Source: Vicugna vicugna
Lineage: Eukaryota
Assembly: GCA_013265495.1 (NCBI GenBank)
Contig: MU058844.1
Span: forward strand, 4,035,895 to 4,099,894
Length of the DNA stretch: 64,000 bases
Reading direction: 5' to 3'
In this document: positions 49,668 through 61,330 of the stretch, in pieces
Position numbering within the stretch: position 1 is the first letter of the stretch
How the letters are laid out: the number at the start of each line of letters is the position of its first letter
Program-made: the position numbers and the translations under genes
The notes under the pieces: generated by a model
Seen by the model: only the letters and a program-made list of their open reading frames with translations
Told to the model about the DNA's origin: nothing
The model's database searches: none

Positions 49668-52600
49668 AGAGCACTTTTTAAGTGGCTTTTGCTTCCTTAT
49701 ATCTTTTGCTTGGAAGGAAATTTGATGTACATTCTACTCAGCTTTGTCAAGTCTGTTCTGAGTCACTGTTTTAGATACGTTCACTGATCTTGCAATATTT
49801 CCTGGAATAATATGGGGTATAAATAAATACATGATACATTCACCAACCAAGCACATCTGAAATGTTTTTAAAGTTTTGGGGAAACACAGTCTTCCAGGTC
49901 TGTGTATTATATTCTAAATTTCAGTTGGTGTATAACTTCTGACAAGATCATTTTTCTTCTATAACTCTTCCTGAGGAAATTGCTACTTGACTGTCACATA
50001 CCAATCATGCCCAGTTAGCACTATACATCAATATAATCATTTTGAAAACATATTAAAAAAAAAAAGCTTATCAAGGAAAAAATTACTAATATATTTGAGC
50101 CAAATAATTTGTTCTTAAATTTTAGAGAAAAATGTTTATTGGAGCTAAATGCTCAAAAGCAACTAAAATATTCAACTGTAGAAAAAAGGTTATGCAATGT
50201 AATTCATGCTGCATCAGCTGAATAATAGTAGAAGTGGACATCTGTGATATTTTCCTGCCCAATATGTACAATCTTATTTTCTGGTAGCCATTCTCAAAAT
50301 GAAATGCTGTAAAAATATCCTATACTACATTGAGTAAAAATATTAAAATGGCACCATTCTCAAAATAGTCAGAAATCATTGTTTTAAATACACAGCTGGG
50401 AAGAACTGTATTTCAACAAGGGGAAAAACTGGAAGAATTAAATCTGTGAACAAAAGTAGACTTTCACCCTTTTATGTCTTGATTCAATAGCAGTTCAGGC
50501 CAATACCAAAGAGCATTTGAGCTGAATTAAAAACTGAGTTAGGATAGAACATAAAATGAGTAAGGTAGAGACTAATACCCTAAGCACTGCTGAAAAATGT
50601 AGCCTTATTTTGTTACATATTATCTAGGTAAATTCAATATTCATTAAACATTCATAACATAATATGTAACATAAGATACATATATAGATAACATAAAATA
50701 AGTTAAATTGAATATATATTAATATGCCATGGTGATAAAAATTAAAAAATATGACTATTCTCAATTATCAAATTTAAATATATTATGTTCTCAATTATTG
50801 ATATTTGGTAAAATCTCTTCTTAAGTCTGACTTTCTGAAGGGTTTCATCCAGCAACATCCCTTCATCTTCTCACTCAGCAAGCATATATTTACCACGGAC
50901 CATGTGTAGGTATCGCTCTAGGCTGCTGTATCTGTGTCTATTTTCCAACATGTATTTTTTAGGAACACAACTGAATTTAATGTTAGCCCAATTTAAAAAA
51001 ATATAATTGGGAAGGTGACTGTAACTAAACAAATCATATAGGCCACCACAAAATCTAAAGTTTAGAATTTAGATATTCATTTAAATTCCATCTGTTAGCA
51101 CTAATATATGTGAATTCCATATATTACCAATGTCTGTAACAGCTTCTGAAATTTAATTTTTATAAGCAGTGCTCAAAGACAAAAGAGAAAATATAGAATA
51201 AAGAAAACTAAAAATTCAAGAAACATTATAACCTAGGACTACAAAACTTAGGGAAAGAAACTATTCCAAACAAATGAAATACAACCATGACAGAAAATAA
51301 AAATTAGATTTTATTCGAACTCATTTACCACAGAGTAGATTATTGGCCTAAAAGTCCTTTGGAAAATATTTGTACAAACAAAATCCAATGGTGTGACTAT
51401 GCCGAATCCACCTCAGCATTCATTTCTAGTAGATAAGACATTTATGAAAATCATTGTCCTTGACTCTCTTAGTTCCAAAAATATGTTTACCCATAACTAA
51501 AGCACTTTTAATGAAATATTTTTCTTTGAAAGAGGTTTGTTTGATATTCCACAGGGAACATAAACAATTCATTAGAAAAGAGTAAAACCCTCAGACCTGT
51601 GATACAATGTAATACGGAAGTGCAGCCTCCCCCAGCCCTCCAGAAGCCTTAGCCATGCTTGCTAACATAATCTCCCAGTTTATCCTTCAAAGCTGCTTTT
51701 ATCTTGGCAATGTTTCTCCAAGCAGCTGTGAGCTTTGCTCTTAGTGCTTGTGACCTCCCCCATCTTCATTACAGACGGTGAATCTTTGACAAAGTGCCTT
51801 GAAACTTTGGCAAAAGGCTCTTCTTATACGTACTTAGAAGGGGTCAACACATTTCTAGAAGCATAAAAGCTGATTATCTCTGTATTTGAGCACAAGACAA
51901 ATACTCAGTGGTAGAAATGGACCACAGTGCACTGAAACAGACAGTAGCCTGTGGTTTAGTTCAGTTCACTCCTGTAGAAAGGAGAGGAGAGATAAGAAGC
52001 TACTTCATGTGATTAGGGGAAAGAAAAATCTATACTTTACATAAGGGAATTTCTCCTGTGTTTTCTTAATGAACACAGAGAGAACTTGAGAGAGACTTTA
52101 AAGCTGTTAGAACTTTTAACATATTCTCTTTGGGGCTGAGAGAGTATGAATTTCCTAATTTCATCAGAACCATTAATGACTTCAGTTCCTTTCTTTTTCA
52201 ACAGAGGAAGTGGAGGGATTCTCTACTGCACTATGATTTTGCAAAGCATTAGATAGCAGGAGAAGGGATTTGTAATCATGCTGTAGAAAGAAAAAAAATT
52301 TTTCTTCCCACTCTAGAAATGATACTCATTGTTGAAATTCTAAAAGCTTTTAAAGGCTAGATAATTTATTGTAATGGAACATACTTATGAGTTAGCATTT
52401 CATAATAACTGGGAGGTTATCTTTTCTCCCAGAAGGTTTACTGCTTTAAAGGATGTCTAAGCCTCCCATGAAGACTGCATGTTTTTATTGCAACTATAAA
52501 CTCAAAACAGAACTATAAAAAGTCAAAAAGTGTGCATCCTTTCTCGTGTTCTTTTTTTTCCCCATGATTTCTTAAAAAGTCTTTTCCTCACCCAAATAAC

Positions 52601-53088
52601 AAAGGTCAACAAAAGGAAGAGATCAAATGTCAGATAAAAAGGCCACAACCAGGGGATAATTCTTGAAAGTAGGGTAAGGAACATTGTCCAATGCCCAGGT
52701 AATTTGAAGTGCAGTAAAAGGGGAAAGGTACAAGCAGGGAAGGAAGCACAAGGTCCTGAAATTAGAAAGGGCAGGGAGCAACACCCTTGGACTCAAAATG
52801 TAGGCCTGTAAATACTTCGCAGAGCAGGAGAGAGTGAGCAGAAGGAAGCTGCCGCTATTGCACTAGCAATATTGTCCTAGCTGCCGTGCCTGGCTACAGC
52901 CAAGCAGAGGTTCATTTACACAGCTAAATGAAGTGATATAATTACTGTGAAAAGAAATTTTTTTAAGATTTAGGTATAATTTATTTGATTGAATTAAGTC
53001 AAATGAGGCATTTAATTCTGACCAGTTTTTGCAATACATAGGTCCATACTTACAAATGTGATAACTTGGATGAAATGCACGACTTTCT

Positions 53089-53352
53089 TTTTTTTAATTG
53101 TAGTACAGTCAGTTTACAATGTTGTGTTAGTTTCTGGTGTACAGCATAGTGGTTCAGTTATACATATATATTCCTTTTCACATTCTTTTTCATTATAGGT
53201 TTTTACAAGGTATTGAATGTACTTCCCTGTGCTATACAGTTGGACCTTGTTGTTTATCTATTTTATATACAGCAGTTAGTATCTGCAAATCCTGAACTCC
53301 CAATTTATCCTTCCACCCCACCACCATAACCAAAAGTTTATTTCTATGTCTG
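53089..53352 (-). mobile_element. Young L1 3' UTR inserted in the older L1
   Basis: T tail, then agtcagtttacaatgttgtg...ccctgtgctatacag...tatctgcaaatcc. Decayed TSD tgaaatgcacgactttctt / tgaagtgtacaaatttctt. Confidence 0.85.
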
Positions 53353-53816
53353 TGAAGTGTACAAATTTCTTGAAAGACACAAAAATGTAAAACACATAAA
53401 AAATAAATAAATAATACAAGTAAAACTATATCTATTAAAAGCATTAATTAATAATTAATAACATTCCAAAAAAGAAAGCAAGGCCTAGATGGTTTCCCTG
53501 GGAAATTATACCAAATACCTAAAGAATAAATGACACCAGTTCTCTACAAACTCTCCCCCAAAATATAAGCAGATGGAACACTTCTTAACTCATTCTTTAA
53601 GACCAGCATTACCCTAATACCAAAACCAGTGAAAGACATTACAATAAAACTATAGACCAATATCTCTCATGAACATAGATGTAAAAATCCTCAATAAGAT
53701 ATTACAATGAAACCAACAATGTATTAAAAGAATATCTACCATGACAAAATGGGATTTACTCCAGGTATGCAAGGCTGGTTTGACATTCAAAAGTCAATTA
53801 ATGTACATTTCAACAA

Positions 53817-53894
53817 TATTAAAAGTTAAACCATGATGCTATACACCTTAAACTTATACAGTGTCAATTATACCTCAATAAATGTGGAAAAAGA
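53817..53894 (+). mobile_element. Very short L1 3' terminal insert
   Basis: tatacaccttaaacttatacagtgtcaattatacctcaataaa, flanked by atttcaacaa (53807-53816, 53895-53904). Confidence 0.65.
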
Positions 53895-56796
53895 ATTTCA
53901 ACAAAGGCAATCTATTACTTCAACAGGCTAAAGAAGAAAAGATAAAAGGTTAAGTCAATAGATTCAGAAAAAGCATTTGGCAAAATCCAACAAACACTCT
54001 TGTGATAAAAGCTAGGCAACTAGGAATAGAGAGGAATTTCCTCATCTTAATAAAGAATATCTACAAGAAACCAACGGCTAAGATCATTCTCAATGGTGAG
54101 AAACTTGAAGACTTCTCACTAATGTCAGGTACAAGACAAGGACATCCCTTCTCACTACTTGTTTCCAATATCATACTTCAAGTCCTAACAACAAGACAGA
54201 AAATAAGACAAGAAAAAGAATTTTTTAAAAATGGAACATTGGTTGGGAAGGAAGAAATAAAACTATCTTTGTAGATGATATATGATTGTTTAGGTATAAA
54301 ATCCAAAAGAATGGACAAAAAAGCTCCTGGAACTACTAAGCAATTGTAACAAGATTTCAGGATACAAGGTTAGTAGACAAAGTCAATTGTATTCCTATGT
54401 ATCAGGAATAAACAAGTGGAATTTGAAATTTTAAAACACATCACCATTTACATTACCAACCCCCAAAACTGAATACTTGGGTATAAATCTAAGAAAATGC
54501 ATATAAAATCTATATGAGAAAAACTATAAAACACTGATGAAAATTCAAAGAAGATCTAAATAAACAAAGACACATTTTACATTCATGGATAGGAAGACTC
54601 AACAATTAAGAGGTTTGTTCTTCCCAAATTGATCTATAGACCAAGGCAATCCCAATCAAAATCTCAGCAAGTTATTTTATGTATGTCAAAACCCCATATT
54701 AAAGTTTATACGGACAGGTAAAAGACCCAAAATAGCCAATACAATATTGAAGGAAATAAGCAAAGTCAGAAATGTGACACTCCCTGACTTTAAGACTTAC
54801 AATAAAGCTATGGTAATCAAGACAGTGGGATATTAGCAAAAGAATAGACAAATAGATCAATGGACCAAAATATAGTACAGAAGGAGAGCCACACAAATAT
54901 AGTTAACTGAACTTGAATAAAGGAACAAAGACAATACAATGGAGGAAAGATAGCCTTTTCAACAAATGATGCTGGAATAACTAGACATCCACATGTCAAA
55001 AGAGAAAAAAAAAAAGAATCTAGACACAGATTTTATACTCTTCATAAAAATTAATTCAAAATTGATCACAGGCCAAAATGTAAAACACAAAACTAATAAA
55101 ACTCCTAAAAGATGACATAGGAGGAAGCCTATATGAACTTGGGAATGGTGATGACTTTTTAGATAACACCAAAGGCATGATCTATGAAAGAAATATTTGA
55201 TAAACTGTACTTTATTAAAATTAAAAATTTTGCTCTGCAAAAGATGATGTCAAGAGAATGAGAAGACAAACCACAGGCTGAGAAAAAAGATTTGCAAAAG
55301 ATACATTTGCTAAAGAACTATTATCCAAAATGCACAAATAACTCTAAAAAATCAATGATCAGAAAATAAACAACCCAATTAAAAAAAGGGCCAAAGCCCT
55401 TAATGGACATATCATCAAAGAAAATATACAGATGGCAAATAAGCATATGAAAAGATGTTCCACATCATATGTCATTGAGGAAATGCAATTAAAACAATGA
55501 GATACCACTACCTGCCAATTAGAACGGCCAAAGTCCAGAATACTGGCAACACTAAATGTTGATGAGGATATGGAGCCAAAGGGAGCTCTCATTTATTGCT
55601 GATAGGAATGCAAAATAGTACAGCCACTTTGGAAGACAGTTTGGCAGTTTCTTACAAAGCTAAACGTAGTCCTACTATTCAAATCATAAAAAGACATGGA
55701 GGAACCTTAAATTCATATCGCTTAAATGAAAGCAGCCACTCTGAAAAGGCTACATTACTGTATGATTCCAACCAGAAAACAGCCTGGAAAAGGCAAAACT
55801 ACAGATACAGCGAAAGTTTCAGTGGTTGCCAAGGTTTTGGTAGGGGCAAAGTCAGGGGAGTGGGGGAGTAAATAGGCGAAACACAGTGGAAATTTAGAGC
55901 AGTGAATTTGAATGACATGATAATGGTGAATACATGACATTATACATGTATCAGAAAACCACAGAACTGTACAAAAGAGTGAATCTTAATGTAAACTACA
56001 GACTTTAGTTCACGGTAATAAACATCAATATTGGTTCATTAATTGTGATAAATGTACACAGTAATGCAAAATGTTAATAATGGAGAAAACTGCTGTGAGT
56101 GTGTGGGTATAGGGGGTGGTCTATGAAAATTCTTTGTACTGGCTGCTCAATGTTTTTATAAATCTAAAACAGTCCTTAAAAGTCAAGTCCATTAAAAAAA
56201 AAAAGAAAAATATTAAAAGTATTTACTCTGTCTTTGCAAAGAAACAAGTGCTTGCCCTGGTAAAAACTCCAGTTTTATTTGTCTTTCTTTACCACTCAAA
56301 ATACTAATATCATGACTCTCAAATTCCAAACTGTTCCCTAACAGAAACCTTACTTTATTATTTTCACTGTTTTATCCCAAGTCAGAGTTAATACATTCCC
56401 TCATATGTGCCCTTCTTGTGTTATGCATCACTATCTGATTCCATTATTGCTTATGTACTTGTCTCTTCTTATCTGCTTAACCATAAGATACTATTTATTT
56501 CCCACAGTACCTTGGCTATGAATTCTGAAGCAACGTTAATACAGAAGTTTAGAGCTAGAAGGGGAGATGCTGATACCTGATAAACTCTCCTAGAACATCA
56601 CAGATTAGGCTGGCTATTTTGAATGCTTATTTTCAGATTCCATACAATAATTTTTGTTCCTTCCAAAAAAATTTTCACGGCTCTCCCCCTTTTGATTAAA
56701 AGCCTCAACCAAACAGAGGAGCATTTACTAGATATTATGAATAAATCTAATTAGCAGTGTTTTCTGAAATGAATCAACTTTTCTAAGGGAAATATA

Positions 56797-56900
56797 CAGG
56801 GTGGCCATAAAGTCTGGCAACATAGATGAACATGAACACTAAATGGCTTGTGGCTATTATGTTACAACATGTGATCTGTTCAACGTGCTGCCCCTCATCA
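56797..56900. mobile_element. Possible TcMar (DNA1_Mam-like) end fragment
   Basis: ta|cagggtggccataaagtctggcaacatag resembles a recalled TcMar TIR; no partner TIR found. Confidence 0.35.
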
Positions 56901-56979
56901 CCAATGAATATGGCACACTGAGGGATCATTTTCATTAATCTCTACTTGTGCATCTGGGATGTGTTCCCTCAGATGGCTT

Positions 56980-57440
56980 GTATGTTAGTTTGCTAGGGCT
57001 GCTGTTATAAAGTACCACAGCTTGGTGGCTTAAGCAACAGAAATGCATTATCTCATAGTTCTGGAGTTTAAAAGTCTGAGGTCTGGGGTTAGCAATTTTG
57101 GTTTCTTTGAGGGCTGTGAGAAAGAATGTTTCATTCCTGTCTCCTAGCTTCTGGTGTTTTGCTGGCAATCTTTGGCTCTCCTTGGCTTGTAGACACATCA
57201 CTCCTATCTCTGCCTTCAGATTCACACAGTATTCTCCCTGTGTGTAGCTGTCTGTGTCCAAATTTTCCCTTTTTATAAGGACATCAGTCATATTAGATTA
57301 AGGTCTCACCCTACTCCAGTATGACCTCATCTTTACTTAATTAATTGTATCTGCAACAACTCTATTTCTAAATAAGGTCACATTCTGAAGTACCAGGAAT
57401 TAGGGTTTCAACATATGAAATTGGCAAGGACACAAATATG
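56980..57440 (-). mobile_element. MaLR LTR (MLT1B/C-like)
   Basis: ttagtttgctagggctgct...aagtaccacag...aaggacatcagtcatattagatta...aaataaggtcacattctga. Confidence 0.9.
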
Positions 57441-57589
57441 CAATAGTTTGTATCTCTAATTTTCACTGAATAAACCTGCACCTTAAGTGTATTTTAGAAG
57501 AAGTAATCAAGAAAGCTCCACTATTTAAATACAAATCTATACACCCAGTATTCATGGCCATCCTGACTGGTATGGCAGCATTGAGCACA

Positions 57590-57790
57590 GGCTTTGAATA
57601 CGTAGATTTTGATATCTCAAGCACTTAAAATCATTTTAAACTTTGGAAACTACTTAAATGCTCTCCACCTTAGTTTTCTTATATATAAAATGGGACTAAG
57701 TACTATATATGCACACAGATTATTCCAAATATTAAATAAGATAATTTACATACAGCATTTATGAGGGTACCTATCATCATTATAATCATT
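57590..57790 (+). mobile_element. MIR SINE
   Basis: actttggaaactacttaaatgctctccaccttagttttctt...taaaatggg. Confidence 0.7.
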
Positions 57791-58167
57791 TTTCTCCAGA
57801 AAAATTCCTGATAGAATATAAGATTCTATGATCTGTCTGTCTAGTTCAGAGCTCAAATCCCAATGCCAATTATAATACCTCAAACATAATGGTGCTCCAC
57901 AAAATCTTTTTCAGATGAGTATCTGCTTCTCTACTTGATCATACTTCAAACTGAATTACTGATTCTTGCACATATAGAAATACACACACACACACACAAA
58001 TCTGTTCAACCTAAGGCATCATTACACACAAAATCCCAGTTCTAGGATTTCATTTTTACACCAGGAATAGTAAAGCATCTACTTAGGAGTCTTAACACCA
58101 TTAAAGTAGAAATGGTTACCGGACCAATGTGACAGGACAATCAGATGAAGAATTAAACTGTACTTAC

Positions 58168-58217
58168 TTTTTCTGTAGGTATATCAGGAAAATGAGAATC
58201 ACTTATCCTTTCTCTCT
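58168..58217 (-). other. Candidate 50-nt internal exon (speculative)
   Basis: Acceptor acttatcttttag| and donor AAA|gtaagt. Only one open frame, RERISDSHFPDIPTEK; peptide not recognised. Confidence 0.25.
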
Positions 58218-59705
58218 CTAAAAGATAAGTAATATTTCTGTGTTACAGAGACTTTTGCTCTCAAATTTAATGAAAAAGAAGCTGGATTATTTTAGAAAGA
58301 GGACGTCTCCCAGGGATAAAAGAAAGAGAAGTATCCTGACTCCAGAAAGAGGGGAGATTTCTGAGGACTGGAAAATATTCTGGGAGGGGCTAGAAACTCA
58401 AATGTAAGTGGGCCTAGAATGTTTGGGGAACTAACCCTTAATAACCAAGTCTATACATGCCAGCCTATACAATAGACACCCTTTGAGGTGATGCAACCCT
58501 TCTTAACTCCAAGATAAGGAAGAACATTTAATTTAATTTAGAAAAAAAAATCAGTTTGTTTTGGAATAAACTTACGTCTGATATAACAATGTAACAAAAT
58601 CCTAACCTATCCTGCTTTACCAAACCCATCTTGAAACCTATCCTGTTTCCTTTGGAGCTAGATCTATAGGTCAGCTGGGGTCTCCCAGGATTTCAGGGTA
58701 TCTCTTTTCTGGGGAAAAAGAGTAAAGAAAAATAAAGATTAGGTGGGACCATTAAGTTCTAATGTCAGAGAGAACATCATCTTATTGACCAAACTGAAGA
58801 AAGATGGAACATCTTGGTGCTTAGAAAGGTAGTTGAATGCATGTTACTAAAGTATTTGATAGAATAGGTGGTAAGATCATGTTCTTTGCTTGGTACAGTG
58901 AGATGATTCACATTAAACAAGCAAACTCTAGTTGGTACTGGATAAATTTGTGATACTAAATGGGAACATTTAGAAATAAATAGACCTTTTTTCATACCAG
59001 ACAACTGTGAGGTGGTAGGAAACCTCTCTCTACATTTGAGATCTCAGAACAGGTAGATAACTGCACAGACCGGAAACGGAGACCACATTCTCCATATTTT
59101 TCTATTAATTTCTAAGAGAGGATAAAATATATGCCCTCTTGTGGTAGGAGATAAAAGGGAAAGAAAATTGAAAGCTTTCTGGAATCTTAATCTCTTCAGA
59201 AGATTGAATATGACATTGAGATATTTGTAGAATATTCAGACAATCTGTGTGGGGTGGGGGGACAGTGTTTTTTATACTTGTAGCCAAAAAAAATTTCTAA
59301 ATAAATGATGTCTTAAAAAAACAGAGTAATCTAAAACATGCTCATTTCAAAATGCTCAATGAAACACAAATTTATTTATTCAGCTAGCAAATCATTATCA
59401 ATCACCAATTACATACCAGTCACCATGCTAACACCTTTTTCTTCCCTCTTTCCCATATCTTATCACAATCAAACAAATAATATTACACCTATGTCTCATC
59501 TTGTATCTTCTCCTCTCAGAACACACTTACTTTCTAGAATCCATTCCCTACTCTGGCTAATGTTAGCATCTCTCATTTCCTTGATACTCCTTAGCTGAGT
59601 GTTGTCTTAACTGGGCAGATAAACCAGCAGAAATAAGTTGTTTGGAATATAATGTATTTCTGAAGTAGCTACAGAGATCAGGATTAAATATACTAATAAA
59701 AGATA

Positions 59706-60122
59706 CGGGTTTCCCCCGCTATCCAAAAGTAGAGCATTCCTATGAAATCTCTTAGAAGCCAAAATGGCACAAAGTGAAGAGAAAATTACCTTAGGACACA
59801 TCTTGCTAACAGATGCACAAAATAAATCAAGATAAAGCACAGGTGCCCACAGGCCTAGGTCAAAGCATATGGCAGCTTGATGCTGAGATGCCAAGTGTGG
59901 TTCCTGGGAAGGAGTTTGGCAGTATCACTCTCAATGCTTGGTTGCATGGTGCCTCTATAATGGCTCCTTGCAAAACCAATGCTGAATGCTATCTTTTTTT
60001 TTTGTCTTTTTTCATAAAATCCTCTTAAGATTTCTTTCAGTTAGAAAAATTAGGTACTAAAGTTGGTCTCTCATAAAAGCAAAGTGGTATAATGAGAGCT
60101 TTCAAAAAGTGGTGAATACTTA
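59706..60122. mobile_element. Tigger-type (TcMar) non-autonomous DNA transposon
   Basis: TA followed by cgggtttcccccgctatccaaaagt; decayed inverted copy gctttcaaaaagtggtgaatactta at the other end. Confidence 0.65.
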
Positions 60123-60449
60123 TTATAATATTAGCTATAATGGTCAAATTGCTTTTTTCTGGACTCAGTCACATTGAAGACTTAATAGATACCTTAATTT
60201 TATACAACAATACTATCTCAAGCAAGAAGCTAAGTATATTTAGAACTTTGAATCAATTATATCCTAGTTTTTAAAAATCTCTGGAACCTTCCAGTTGATT
60301 TCTTCCTTTGACTAGATTTTCTAATTTTTGTACCCAATACTTCTTGCCTTACTGACTAGTTATTTTGGATCTTTACTGCTCCTCAAATTCAACAGAAGGA
60401 GAAGGTGGAAGTGAAACTAGCACTCCCCAAGTGACTCTGATATTTCAGG

Positions 60450-60600
60450 AAAGTCATTTAATCCTCTCAATAACTCTAGAACGTAAGTACAATTTTCCCT
60501 GTTTTAAAAAGGAGGCTCTGAGAGGCTAAAGAGCTTGCTCAAGTTTCACAGAACTAGTGAATGAATAACAGAGCAGAGAACCAAGATTGAAATCTGTCCA
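60450..60600 (-). mobile_element. MIR SINE
   Basis: tcatttaatcctctcaataactcta...ctctgagaggctaaagagcttgctcaagtttcacagaactagtga. Confidence 0.75.
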
Positions 60601-60779
60601 TGTTTCTTTCACTAAAATGCATTTCTTTCCCAAACTAAGAACTTCAGCTTCTTTTAAAATTCCTTGTCCTATCATTCCTAGATTAATTAATAATACCACT
60701 ATTACATTCTATTTCACAAACAGAAAACTTAGTCACTAACCACTCTTCCTCTTTCATTGTGTCTACCTCTTCTCTCTCA

Positions 60780-61330
60780 TTGATTGGTCACCAGTTCTTG
60801 TCAAGTCCACCATCCCCAAACAGTACCCCACCTGCCTTGTCTGTTTCCATGATGTGTAATACATTTGAGATTCTCACATTTCCTATTTACTACTGACTGC
60901 TATTCCTCTCATGGGTTTTTTCTGGAAGGGGTCCATTCTCCTTTCTGTTACCAAAGTGATCTCTAGTACATGTCATTTCCTCTACAGCTTACATGATACA
61001 TCAGACCCTTACCAATGTACCCCCAGCCTTATTCCCATCCTCACCTCCTGCCCCATAGGACTTCTCTCCATCCTTCACATTCACTATGCTCATGAAACTG
61101 CCTTCAACCAAAATACTATTCTCCTTATTCGCCTAGAGTCTTTCACAAACACCCTAGGCCTTCAGTAACCTTTCTTGGTCATTTCACATCTCCCTAAACA
61201 CAATACAGTGCTTCATAATATGCGAGTCTCTTAATGGGTGAGCCTTTATGCATACTTCTTTCACAGCACTTAACCAATCACTCCATAATTCTTTGTCTAC
61301 AAGCTTACGTTTCTTCAAGACTCCATGTTA
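60780..61330 (+). mobile_element. L2 fragment
   Basis: caccagttcttgtcaagtccacc...cagcacttaacc...tttgtctac; degenerate. Confidence 0.5.

Larger units (their letters stand above)
53050..56200 (+). mobile_element. L1MC1-like LINE, ORF2 remnant and 3' UTR
   Basis: ORF 54002-54274 ([47 protein letters not shown]) is RT-like. 3' UTR aaaagacatggaggaaccttaaa...ctgaaaaggctaca; A tail near 56195. Confidence 0.92.

Noticed and set aside
54002..54274. Functional reverse transcriptase CDS (also 15950-16222, 20697-20954, 45830-46093)
   Set aside because: Short pieces of L1 ORF2 surrounded by stops and frameshifts; dead retrotransposon copies.
56935..57291. 118-aa ORF
   Set aside because: Reads through an MLT1 LTR; non-coding.
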